DNA of 63,878 bases, filler included, from Octopus bimaculoides (GCF_001194135.2; 7 parts of 5 records of this genome joined end to end with filler, not necessarily neighbours in it); one strand, 5' to 3'. Shown: positions 39,235 through 51,049, counted from the whole stretch's first letter. Numbers and translations: made by a program. Notes: generated by a model from the sequence alone, not told the origin.

Positions 39235-39940
39235 GTTAACAAAAAGCAAGGAATATTGTAACACATCATATGAACGATGAATTTCATTTATGAACATGAT
39301 ACTATTGTCACAATACTTTAAGACAATGTCTTGTTTACCATGTTGTTCTCCTACCATAATAATTACACTCAGGAACATTGAATCGATAGACATGTTTTCC
39401 AGATGGTCTTTTCTCGACATCAATGACAACTTGAAAGTCCACAGTTGAAGTATATTCTAAAGTATACTGAAAGCTTCTCACATAAGAATTCTTTCCGTGA
39501 AGCATTTCTTGCAGCTTAAAAATAAGTCCTAATCTTGTACCTGGACAATTCTTGTTGTGACACTACTTCATTTTGAACATCACCTGTAAAATATATTTGT
39601 AAAATTTATTCTGTAAAGGCTTAAGAGAGCGTATTCTTTGATAAATTTGTCCTTGCACTTTAAAAGTCAGCATAAACCCACTTTCCCTAATAATTTTTAC
39701 CCCAAATTTGAAAAGCACAATTGTATGCTCAAATATTTTTTAGGAAGTGTTTTGATTCTGAAGTTGTACCCAAAAGATGTTTTATAAGTTCTGGAGGCTC
39801 AATTATTAGTAAATGGACTTTATCTTTAAAACAACACATACCTAATGATTCCTTATCCCACTTCCTAGCACCACACTTTTCACATGTTTTGCACATAGAG
39901 CCCAGGGAGACAATTTTTTCAGATGCATAATTACGAGTAG
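39235..39940 (-). mobile_element. Helitron Rep-Hel N-terminal region, decayed
   Basis: MCKTCEKCGARKWDKESLGMCC...SKHFLKNI*AYNCAFQ...FKVQGQIY...LQEMLHGKNSYVRSF...KRPSGKHVYRFNVPECN...HRSYDVLQYSLLF. Confidence 0.85.
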
Positions 39941-40365
39941 GATCATGATTAAATGTTATATCTTGCCATTGAAATTGTCCATACTTCTGCTGATTTTCTC
40001 TGGAAAGCTTTCTTCATTTTAGTCGTATTTTTTGGTCGCTTTCACTCTCTTGTTTTCTATTTATTCTACTCTTCTCTCCTTTTTTGCAATTGTATTTCTT
40101 TGTCTTTTTTTTTATTTTCTTGTACTTTTTTACTTCTATAATTTTCTTTTTTTCTCTGCAGTCTTATTTCCCTATCTTTATCACTTTCTTATTCTCTTGT
40201 CCTCCTCTCATATTCTCTCATCTTTTGCAATCTAACTTTCCAATGGCTTTTACTTTCTTCTACAGTTTTCATATTAAGTGTTTGAATTCTCATTCTTTTG
40301 TCTTTTTTACTGTCTTGTGATATTTCACTTCATTCTACATTTCTTTCATGCTCATGAGTGTTTAT

Positions 40366-40740
40366 GGGAAAGAGAGCATTGTAATGGCTGTTGTCAATTT
40401 CACCACTATATAACACTTAAATTTTCCTTTCTGTAAATGTTCGACTGCAAGCAGTGAACAGAGGAAGAATAATTTCATCATCATTTTTGTGATGAACCTG
40501 AATTGCAACATTGTACAATTCACTAATGGCAACTAATTCAACATTACCACCATATGTTCTATCCCTATTCATGTATGCTTGATATTCCTGCATTGCACTG
40601 TTAGGAATAAAAGAATGAAAATACTTCCAATTATTGCATATGTATCATATGGACTCTTCCCAAAGAGTTTGGTAATTTCTGTTGTTTTTGAGTAAGAATG
40701 ACACAGCTGTGAACATACAGTTACCATCACCCATGACTTT
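40366..40740 (-). pseudogene. OTU cysteine-protease domain upstream of the Helitron Rep
   Basis: VMGDGNCMFTAVS...YQAYMNRDRTYGGNVELVAISELYNVAIQVH...VLYSGEIDNSHYNALF, with two in-frame stops. Confidence 0.8.
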
Positions 40741-40899
40741 ATTAAAGGAGTGAATTAATAAATTAATGTAATTGTTGAATATTTTTCAATGAATTCAGTA
40801 AGGGACTTCACCTTCAGTTTAAACTTTAGATGGTTTTGTGAACAGAGCATGATGGAAAATTACAACACCAAAAGAGATATGATACTAAGTGATAGTAAT

Positions 40900-41400
40900 T
40901 TCCCCTTTAGAAATCTGTCTTTCTAACTTTGTGATAGATGAATGGGATGTGTAGGGTTGGGGTGTGGGTGGAGGGGATAATGATGAAGAGAGAAGGTGGA
41001 TAGGAGTGAAGTGAGGAAGCAGGTGTCAGGGCAAGAGAGGAGAGGAGAGGTGGGTAGGAGTGAAGAGAGGAAGTAGGTGTGAAATTAAGAGAGGGGAGGG
41101 GAGTTGAGGCCATGTGGCGCAAAGGAGTAAAGAGAGAAGATTAATTCCTGTTCATGGCAAAGGCAAGAGTCCAGATGGCCCCTGTGCAAAGACAATCCAA
41201 ACACAGATAGGTGTTGTAGTGAATGACTGGTAGAGTAGAAATGGCATGAGATCGGGTGTCGTTGCTGAGCCTAATGTCTCAGAGGTGCTGCATGAACCGG
41301 TCAGCCAAGCGGTGTCCCATTTGCCCAAAGTACAGAGAAGGACAGAAAGAGCAGGAGATGCAGTAAATGACGTTGCTAGAAGTGCATGTAAAGGAGTCAG
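40900..41400 (-). mobile_element. Neptune-like PLE GIY-YIG remnant and pyrimidine-rich tail
   Basis: HFTCTSSNVIYCISCSFCPSLYFGQMGHRLADRFMQHL*DIR. Confidence 0.75.
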
Positions 41401-41864
41401 TGATATGACAGGGACGATGATGGGTGCCTGTGAGGATGGTGGTGTTGGAGAGGTAGGGGCAAGTGCGGCAGCATGGGCAGAAGCATATATATATATATTT
41501 GCTTCCTTCTGTTGTCCTTGCTTCTCCCCTTCACTGCTATACATATTTCTCTCTTACTCCTCCTCCTTGTCTCTCGTTGCTCAACTTTGTTCCACTTCCT
41601 CCCTTTTCCTCTCTCTACCACTCCTCATTGATCCCATGTAACCCATGGTCACCTCTTCCTTTCTGCCTTCAGCCAGCATAAAGGCAAGATGAAACTACTG
41701 TCTCTCTCCGTTCAGCTTCGTCACATCACAGCGTTCAATATCTCATCGTGTTTGGCCCAACAGCCTTTAATGTTGTTTTCACTGTTTAATTTTTCCTGTC
41801 TTGGTTTTTGTTTGCCACCTTGGAACCCTCCGCTTAGCAGGTTAATCCACTAAGCGGGAAGAGC

Positions 41865-42140
41865 TATTCTAAGAGCGCGTTCTGCCTCATCTTCAAAATG
41901 CCTAGTTTAGAATAGAGGCAGCTGATGAAGGAAAAGTTCCATAAGTGGCTCGTCTGTTTTCCTATGTGTTCATTCTGTTGTTCATAAAAAAAGTCCGTTT
42001 TTTGTGCTTTGCTTATGTTCCCATTTCCTTTTTGACGTCCTGTACCCGGATATGCATCTATATATACATGTAGATGTAGGTATGTACATATATGTATGTA
42101 TACATGCATATGCTCATATATCGTTTGTATTATTATATTA
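41865..42140 (+). repeat. Dispersed repeat, family shared with 47660-47792 (-) and 49185-49420 (+)
   Basis: AGAATAGAGGCAGCTGA(T/C)GAAGG...AAGTGGCT...ACGTCCTGTACCC...ATATGCATCTATATA. Confidence 0.75.
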
Positions 42141-42165
42141 TCAAACGTCACGCATCCATTTGCAA

Positions 42166-42205
<40 letters not shown>

Positions 42206-42559
42206 CGTAAATTGAAAACACAAAGGATATCGAGATACACATGTTTCAAGCTTTATACACAATCTGTCATTACATCAGTATATATTGTTGGTATAAAGGA
42301 TGGTTTAAAGCTATCTTCATCCGCAAACAATTTCAGTCCCAAGATTACATCAGAAAAGAAAAAGAAAAAGAAAGAGAAAAAGAAAAAGTCCAATTAGTAT
42401 TATTCATTATAATAGGTTTATCCTTTAAACTGTTATATCTGCATAAATGTTCATTGGATTTCAGAAAACTGCCCATACTGTATCACAATTCAGCATAGAC
42501 TGAATGTTAAATAGATTGGATTGTATTTAACTAGTGTGTATAAGATAGAAAGAAAAGAT

Positions 42560-43123
42560 CAAAAATAAAAACAGTTCTGCAACCACAGGATGAATTTGAT
42601 CAGATAAAATGCTTAAATAGTCTTGACTATTAATTCTGCCATGAAGGGAAACCATTGGGCCAGAGGATTTCCAAGATATAGCTCCCCAGATCATCACAGA
42701 TCCGCCTCCATGCTAAACAGTTGGAAGAAGGCAGTCTGTGTCAAATGCTTCTTTTGGCTGTCTTCACATGTATACTTGGCCGGTGGTCAGAAATGAGGTA
42801 AAGGATGATTCATCTGAGAAAATAACATTCTTCCACTGCTCTAGGGACCAATTCTGTAGGTTTTTACTTCACTCTTAATGATTTGAATCGTTTGTTTTTG
42901 AAAGTAGTGGTTTTCTGATTGTAGCCCTCCTGTGAAATCCAGCTTTGTGCAGTTCCCAGCAAACAATTTTTGTGGGAAATGAGTTCTCGGGGTGGTCATT
43001 AAGTTCTGCAGTAATTTTGGGAGCTGTACTTTTGTGATTCATTCTAACAATTTGCGTAAAGAGTCTGACAGACCCTATTTGAAAGTTTTGGTTTTCTTAT
43101 AGAGTTTCGTTTTGATGAGAAGG
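42560..43123 (-). mobile_element. Tc1 (DD34E-type) transposase remnant
   Basis: TAPKITAELN...IRKPLLS...WKNVIFSDESSF...HGGGSVMIWGAISW...GRINSQDYLSIL. Confidence 0.88.
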
Positions 43124-43344
43124 TNNNNNNNNNNNNNNNNNNNNNNNNNNNNNNNNNNNNNNNNNNNNTTAATTAATTAANNNNNNNNNNNNNNNNNNNN
43201 NNNNNNNNNNNNNNNNNNNNNNNNGAACAGCTGACACTGTAGTACATCTCCAGCGTTAGAAGCTGTGCAAACCATTCTAAAGTACAAAAACAAAAACACC
43301 GTACTCCTCAAAATTATATGCCTATAACATACCTACAGACAACT

Positions 43345-43504
43345 GTGTTGTAAGAAGCTTGCTTCCCAACCACATGGTTCCAGGTTCATTCCCACTGCGT
43401 GACACTTTGGGCAAGTGTCTTCTAATATAGCCTTGGGCCAACCAAAGATTTGTGAGTGGATTTGGTCGACAAAAACAGAAAGATGCCCGTCGTATATATA
43501 TGTA

Positions 43505-43545
<41 letters not shown>

Positions 43546-43810
43546 ATGTATGTATGTATGTATGTATGTATGCATGCATATATGTTTATATTTATGTGTG
43601 TATGTGTCTGTGTTTGTCCCCCGCCATCACTTGACAACCGATGCTGGTGTGTTTATATCCCTGTAACTTAGCGGTTCGGCAAAAGAGTAAGATACAATAA
43701 GTACTAGGCTTACAAAGAATAAGTCCTGGGGTCAATTTCGTTGACTGAAACCCTTTAAGGTGGTACTCTAGCATGCCCGCAGTCAACTGACTGAAACAAG
43801 TAAAATAATA
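43345..43810 (+). mobile_element. SINE family A
   Basis: Head to tail; tail hairpin CAGTC-AACT-GACTG. Confidence 0.85.
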
Positions 43811-44223
43811 AAAGAATAAAAAAACATATACAGCGTCGATTATGTGCAGCCAGTTATTTGCACACCTGGAAAACCGAGTTTGACCAGATGAATAAGACGG
43901 ATGCTGTTAAAATATGTATGGCTGTGAAAAGCAACCACTAATAAATCTAGCCGCTTATAGAAGATTGTATACAGAAGGAAACAAACCTCGGTATTCTAGA
44001 TTCATACACATTGGAGTCACTCTACATAAATAGAATAGTTATATCGCCTCCGAGTCAGTCTTATAATCATAAAGCAAAAAAACTGGTATAACATTGAAGA
44101 AAAAAATCGGTGGAGAAAGATTGTTTAAAATCAGCCCTGTATACGAACGGCCGAAAAGGGGAAAGGATAATGAATTTCCTATGAATATTTTTTGCTTATA
44201 ATAATTCATTTTGTTATAGGCAC

Positions 44224-44508
44224 AGGGCCTGAAATTTGGAGGAGGGGTTTAGTTGAAATCGACCCCAGCGCTCAACTGGTACTTCTTTTTATTATTATTA
44301 CGAAAAGCGGTGGGATGGCAGAATTCTTACAGTGCCGGACAAAATTCTGCGAAGCATTTGTTACGCCTTTACGTTCTGAGATCAAATTCCGCAGAGCTCG
44401 ACTTTGCCTTTCTCCATTTTTTTTTTTGGGGGGGGGGTCGATAAAATAAGTACCAGTTGTGCACTGAGGTCGATTTCAACTAAACCCCCTCCTCCAAATT
44501 TCAGGCCT
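44224..44508 (+). mobile_element. SINE family B with an inverted copy of its 3' end in front
   Basis: 44224-44284 is the reverse complement of 44448-44508 with about 4 differences. Confidence 0.8.
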
Positions 44509-45084
44509 TGGGCTTATAACAAAAAGAATTATTATAAGCAAAATATTCAAAGGAAACTTATCTTTTCTATTTTGCTGCCTTTCTCTGACGATTTTTATTA
44601 CAACAAGCCTGTAGAATGAAACTACCACGAGGTACAGATACTNNNNNNNNNNNNNNNNNNNNNNNNNNNNNNNNNNNNNNNNNNNNNNNNNNNNNNNNNN
44701 NNNNNNNNNNNNNNNNNNNNNNNNNNNNNNNNNNNNNNNNNNNNNNNNNNNNNNNNNNNNNNNNNNNNNNNNNNNNNNNNNNNNNNNNNNNNNNNNNNNN
44801 NNNNNNNNNNNNNNNNNNNNNNNNNNNNNNNNNNNNNNNNNNNNNNNNNNNNNNNNNNNNNNNNNNNNNNNNNNNNNNNNNNNNNNNNNNNNNNNNNNNN
44901 NNNNNNNNNNNNNNNNNNNNNNNNNNNNNNNNNNNNNNNNNNNNNNNNNNNNNNNNNNNNNNNNNNNNNNNNNNNNNNNNNNNNNNNNNNNNNNNNNNNN
45001 NNNNNNNNNNNNNNNNNNNNNNNNNNNNNNNNNNNNNNNNNNNNNNNNNNNNNNNNNNNNNNNNNNNNNNNNNNNNNNNNNCCA

Positions 45085-45430
45085 TATCTAGCTTAATAGC
45101 ACCACCTGATAGGATTATCTAAATCCTTTTTAAGTCAAGTTTTGTTTATGGTCCATTCAAGTAGTGAGTTCTTGTTGAGTGAGTTGTATCCAGGTATGGG
45201 TGGCTTATCTGGTATTCGTTGAAGAAATCTGTCGAGACTCCGTTTAAAGGTGATGGGATCATTTTCCTCTTTAATCAGTTTTGGGAGAATGTTAAACAGG
45301 GCAGGGCTTGTTGAGGAAAAGAAATTATGTTGTAGTGTACCTATATGTTGTGATCCTGAATTGGGCAGGGGACATATGGTCCGTGGTCCCAGGCTTGGAT
45401 GAACCTTGAAACTAATGTTCAGGTCGTTGA
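45085..45430 (-). mobile_element. CR1-clade LINE 3' end
   Basis: TSPALFNILPKLIKEENDPITFKRSLDRFLQRIPDKPPIPGY...NSLLEW. Confidence 0.8.
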
Positions 45431-45552
45431 AATAATGAGAGTGGAAATTAATATTAATTAATCAATATCAATTTAAACCAGAACTTTATACACGTTCTCT
45501 TTCGAGAGGACGTCTTGTGTCTAGTTGTGTGAATTATGTTTTCCCTGCAACG

Positions 45553-45617
45553 GCTGCACTGATGAACGACGGACATTTCCATTTGTGAATGTTAATAGCG
45601 AAATCTAGGTATGTAGC
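45553..45617 (+). ncRNA. Type I hammerhead ribozyme motif, core intact
   Basis: GCUGCA-CUGAUGA-(34 nt containing GACAUU/AAUGUU)-GAAA-UCUAG-GUA^UGUAGC. Confidence 0.65.
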
Positions 45618-46110
45618 TTTTTGCCAAATTTTGTATCTTTTCATTTGCCTTGCTCGTTTTGCATTCTGTCGTTTGCTCAAATTTCTTGAGAACACATTCT
45701 TTGTGGTAAGACGATTTGGCGTCTTCTTTGTAGCATATTAGGAATCCACCTTAGTGGTTATTCAACTTATATATGTGGGTGTGTATATATACATACAGAC
45801 ATATATATATATATATATATATANNNNNNNNNNNNNNNNNNNNNNNNNNNNNNNNNNNNNNNNNNNNNNNNNNNNNNNNNNNNNNNNNNNNNNNNNNNNN
45901 NNNNNNNNNNNNNNNNNNNNNNNNNNNNNNNNNNNNNNNNNNNNNNNNNNNNNNNNNNNNNNNNNNNNNNNNNNNNNNNNNNNNNNNNNNNNNNNNNNNN
46001 NNNNNNNNNNNNNNNNNNNNNNNNNNNNNNNNNNNNNNNNNNNNNNNNNNNNNNNNNNNNNNNNNNNNNNNNNNNNNNNNNNNNNNATATATATATATTT
46101 ATTTATTTGG

Positions 46111-46350
46111 GTGGAGGCGCGTGGCTTAGTGGTTAGAGTGTCAGCATCATGATCGTAAGATTGTAGTTTCGATTCCTGGACCGGGCGACGCGTTGTGTTC
46201 TTGAGCAAAACACTTCATTTCATGTTGCTCCAGTCCACTCAGCAGGCAAAAGTAAGTAACGCTGCGATGGACTGGAGTCCCATCCAGCTGGGGAACACAT
46301 ACGCCATAGAAACCGGGAAACTGGGCCCATGAGCCTGGCTAGGCTTTAAA
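46111..46350 (+). mobile_element. tRNA-derived SINE with V-domain-like segment
   Basis: TGGCTTAGTGG and GTTTCGATTCC boxes; GCTGCGATGGACTGGAGTCCCATCCAG. Confidence 0.75.
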
Positions 46351-46449
46351 AAAGAGAGAAAAAGGAATATGTATATCTATATGTGTGGTGTGTGTGTGTG
46401 TGTATGTATGTACGTATGTATGTACGTATGTATGTATATCTCAATTCCC

Positions 46450-46690
46450 GCTATTTCAGCCTGAGGCAGATTTCATACTGCAAGGAGATAGTTGTACTCC
46501 ACAGTATTCGTTCTTTGATAAGAGCGTTCAGGAAGACTAATGTCTAGATACTCCATAATGTGATGTTATTTCTCCATCTCTTAGGTTGCCGACCTCTGTT
46601 TTCCTTCCATTAATTATGCCTTCCAAACAGACCTTTCTGAGTTCACAAACCATTCATTTAGTGTGGCCTAATAGTTTGAGTACTTTATTT
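46450..46690 (-). mobile_element. RTE LINE C-terminal/3' remnant
   Basis: Minus frame QKGLFGRHN*WKENRGRQPKRWRNNI. Confidence 0.5.
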
Positions 46691-46879
46691 TTTGATTTAG
46701 ATGTGATCGGTTGTAATCTGCGTGTTTGGGCCTAGTAATAAGTCGCATTACATGATTTTGAAAGGCTTTCTGTTTATGTATTGCGACAGAAGACTAGTTA
46801 ACACATAGTAGACCATATAAAACTGATCAAAAACAAGGCGTATGACAACAAACAAATCTAATCTGGAGCTCAAACATAC

Positions 46880-47088
46880 AATGCATGAGAAACCAATAAA
46901 ACAAATTTCTTAGTTGCCCCACCTCGAACACAAACTCTCTTCAAAGAACGATGAAATGATAGCTGTGAATCACAGAATTGGATTTGGTTGGTCAGACTTT
47001 GATAACAACAAAATTACATTTACTTCAAGACGGATCCCATACCATGTAAAATCAAGCATCTACAACACCTATATCCTTCCAGTAGTTG
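46880..47088 (+). mobile_element. RTE LINE RT C-terminal remnant
   Basis: AVNHRIGFGWSDF...TSRRIPYHVKSSIYNTYILPVV. Confidence 0.7.
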
Positions 47089-47110
47089 TGTGTGTGTATG
47101 AGTGTGTGTG

Positions 47111-47159
<49 letters not shown>

Positions 47160-47591
47160 NNNNNNNNNNNNNNNNNNNNNNNNNNNNNNNNNNNNNNNNN
47201 NNNTTAATTAATTAANNNNNNNNNNNNNNNNNNNNNNNNNNNNNNNNNNNNNNNNNNNNATGCATCAATTATACATGTAGATGTAGGTATGTACATGCAT
47301 GTACGTATATATGTATATACACACATATTACTTGTATTATTATATATATGTATATATATATGTATGTGTGTATGTATGTATGTATGTATGTATGTATGTA
47401 TGTATGTATGTATGTATGTATATATATGTGCGTGCATGTGTGTTAACTGTTTTGAAAAAATAAGTACCAGTACCATAGTAGTGATCAACAATATTTTACT
47501 TGAGTCGAGTTTTGCTTCTCTGCATCTCACTTGTAGATGCACAGAAATAGCCAAATGAGTTGTGTTTGGAAATTGATGGTATTATTTCTTG

Positions 47592-47636
<45 letters not shown>

Positions 47637-48708
47637 AATAATACAACGGATATATAAGCATGTATACACACATATATGTACATACTTACATCTACATGTG
47701 TATATAGATGCATATTCGGGTACAGGACGTTAGAAAAATGAACTACAGACAACGGAATGAACACATATAAAAACAAATAGCCACTTGGATTANNNNNNNN
47801 NNNNNNNNNNNNNNNNNNNNNNNNNNNNNNNNNNNNNNNNNNNNNNNNNNNNNNNNNNNNNNNNNNNNNNNNNNNNNNNNNNNNNNNNNNNNNNNNNNNN
47901 NNNNNNNNNNNNNNNNNNNNNNNNNNNNNNNNNNNNNNNNNNNNNNNNNNNNNNNNNNNNNNNNNNNNNNNNNNNNNNNNNNNNNNNNNNNNNNNNNNNN
48001 NNNNNNNNNNNNNNNNNNNNNNNNNNNNNNNNNNNNNNNNNNNNNNNNNNNNNNNNNNNNNNNNNNNNNNNNNNNNNNNNNNNNNNNNNNNNNNNNNNNN
48101 NNNNNNNNNNNNNNNNNNNNNNNNNNNNNNNNNNNNNNNNNNNNNNNNNNNNNNNNNNNNNNNNNNNNNNNNNNNNNNNNNNNNNNNNNNNNNNNNNNNN
48201 NNNNNNNNNNNNNNNNNNNNNNNNNNNNNNNNNNNNNNNNNNNNNNNNNNNNNNNNNNNNNNNNNNNNNNNNNNNNNNNNNNNNNNNNNNNNNNNNNNNN
48301 NNNNNNNNNNNNNNNNNNNNNNNNNNNNNNNNNNNNNNNNNNNNNNNNNNNNNNNNNNNNNNNNNNNNNNNNNNNNNNNNNNNNNNNNNNNNNNNNNNNN
48401 NNNNNNNNNNNNNNNNNNNNNNNNNNNNNNNNNNNNNNNNNNNNNNNNNNNNNNNNNNNNNNNNNNNNNNNNNNNNNNNNNNNNNNNNNNNNNNNNNNNN
48501 NNNNNNNNNNNNNNNNNNNNNNNNNNNNNNNNNNNNNNNNNNNNNNNNNNNNNNNNNNNNNNNNNNNNNNNNNNNNNNNNNNNNNNNNNNNNNNNNNNNN
48601 NNNNNNNNNNNNNNNNNNNNNNNNNNNNNNNNNNNNNNNNNNNNNNNNNNNNNNNNNNNNNNNNNNNNNNNNNNNNNNNNNNNNNNNNNNNNNNNNNNNN
48701 NNNNNNNN

Positions 48709-49088
48709 TATATATATATATATACATACATATATCATAAATATATAGGGATTGACAGTAACCTGCTTCTCCAACATACTGAGAATTCAGAAATAGCAGT
48801 CAAAGAACTACTGATTTCAAAACTACAAATTATTACTCCAGATTGATAGCGATATTTTTGATACACACAGAACAAAAAACAGTAGAGAAGAGTAAAAAAC
48901 ACTTGCCTTTAGTTAATTTAGTTAATCTGTGTGTATCAAAAATATCGCTATCAATCTGGAGTAATAATTTGTAGTTTTGAAATCAGTAGTTCTTTGACTG
49001 CTATTTCTGAATTCTCAGTATGTTGGAGAAGCAGGTTACTGTCAATCCCTATATATTTATGATATATGTATGTATATATATATATATA
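48709..49088. repeat. Perfect palindrome: about 163-bp arms and a 54-nt spacer
   Basis: 48709-48871 is the exact reverse complement of 48926-49088 on reading. Confidence 0.9.
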
Positions 49089-49598
49089 TAATTATATTAT
49101 ATGTGTGTATAAACGTTATGCACGAAGGGAAAAGCCTCTAAGTGGTTTTCCAACACGCTAGAAATGGGAGTTAAATCCCAAACCACGAAAAGGCTATTCT
49201 TGTTTTAGCACGTTGAATGTAGGAGGGCATAGATCGAAACGTCTAGTTAGAATAGAGGCAGCTGACGAAGGATTAATTCCAAGTGGCTATCTGTTTTCCT
49301 ATATGTTCGTTCCGTGGTCTGTAGTTCATTTTCCTAACGTCCTGTACCCTGATATGCATCTATATACACATGTAGATGTAAGTATGTACATATATATGTG
49401 GGTATACATGCATATATATTCTTTGTATTATATATATATATATATATATATGCAATTCCCATTAATTTCTAGTTACAACTTGCGTAAAAATGCTTCGCTC
49501 CGACAGGTACAACGCAGATTAGCAGGTAACTGGCACGACCAAAATATAATGTATATCATATTATATTATGTTATATAATATTTGTAACGCTCCGAACT

Positions 49599-49698
49599 GT
49601 TCCCTGATGATCCATTCAGGTTTAGCATCAAAATGCGCTTGTATCACTCAATACAGGGTTCGAAAAAAAAACAATAATGGTGAAACGTACGTAGGAAC
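49599..49698 (+). ncRNA. Type I hammerhead ribozyme motif with 71-nt branched helix II, core intact
   Basis: GUUCC-CUGAUGA-U-CCAUU...AAUGG-U-GAAA-CGUAC-GUA^GGAAC. Confidence 0.75.
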
Positions 49699-50094
49699 TA
49701 ATAATATAAATTTGTGTTTATTTTAATTTCTCCTATAACACACATACACTCACACCTCCACACACACAAAAACATACACACACACAGATATAGATATACA
49801 CGTGTATGCATACATCCATCCATCCATCCATACATCCATCCATCCATCCATCCATCCATCCATCCATACATACATACATACACACACATACACACATACA
49901 TACATACATGCATATATACATACGCACACTACAAATGTTCACGGTATCTGGTAGTAATAAAAGCCTGCAAGACCCTTAAGATTTAAGAGATGATAAACGA
50001 AATAAGATGCTTTCCTTCGCAACCTTGGTACCATGTAGGTGGCCGGTCAAAATTTACTCTAAATTAAAAAGAGAAAGGGAAGAAAATTTATGTT

Positions 50095-50506
50095 CCGTAA
50101 ATCCTCGAGTATAATCCTCACTTTTTTCCCAAAATTTAAGGGTCAAAATCCCTAGTGCGTACTATATACGAGGTTAAAAATGAAAAATATTTTCTTAGCA
50201 AAATTTTCTAAGTGATAAATATGTAAAGGCAATTTACTTAATATTTATTTTTCACTGTTATTTCTTTATTTTCTGCAAACAAAGTGCACAAAAAAGCTAC
50301 ACGTTTGCATTATGTTATATATACAATAGTAATAAAGGACGTTACTGTATATACGTTTACAAACCAAGGACGTTATATAGACCTCCTTGACTCAAGTTAG
50401 AGAAGGGGTGCGTATTATACACAAGGTTTAAGTTTTTCAGAGGTACATCCCCTAAAAATCCCCTACGTATTATACTCAAGGGCGGACTATACTCAAGTAT
50501 TTACGG
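50095..50506. mobile_element. pogo/Tigger-like MITE
   Basis: Inverted ends CCGTAAAT(C/A)CT(C/T)GAGTATA(A/G)TCC, TA on the right flank, and subterminal GTATTATAC repeats. Confidence 0.75.
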
Positions 50507-51049
50507 TATATATAACAGCTCTGATTTATACATATCTACTAAAATACAACAATCCTTAGAATTTAATACATTTTGGATAAATTTTAAAAAGATGTTGAAA
50601 ATCTTCGCAAATGTTAATTCCTTTGAATATTGTTTTGGTTTATAATAATTCACAGAATAATAATGAATTACGTTTTAAACCAAAAATTTAATTTGTTGAT
50701 GCATTTTCGTATTTTTTGAGAAAATATTTGTTTTCCTAAAATGCGATAATAATTTATATTACGAGCATGCATAGCTGTGTGGTCAAGAAACTCGCTTTAC
50801 AACCATGTGGTTTCGGGATTAGTCACACCGAGTGGTATACTGGACGACTATCTTATTCTATTGCCTCAGGTCGACCTATGCTTTGTGAAGGAATCTGGTT
50901 GAAAGAAAAACTATCAGGAAGCCCGTGGTACTTTGAGACCGAATGAATTTGACTAATTGCCTGACGATACAGGGCACGCTAAACATGCTTACTCGACTAT
51001 CGTACAGCAACCCCTATTTAAATCCTGTATATATATATATACATATACG

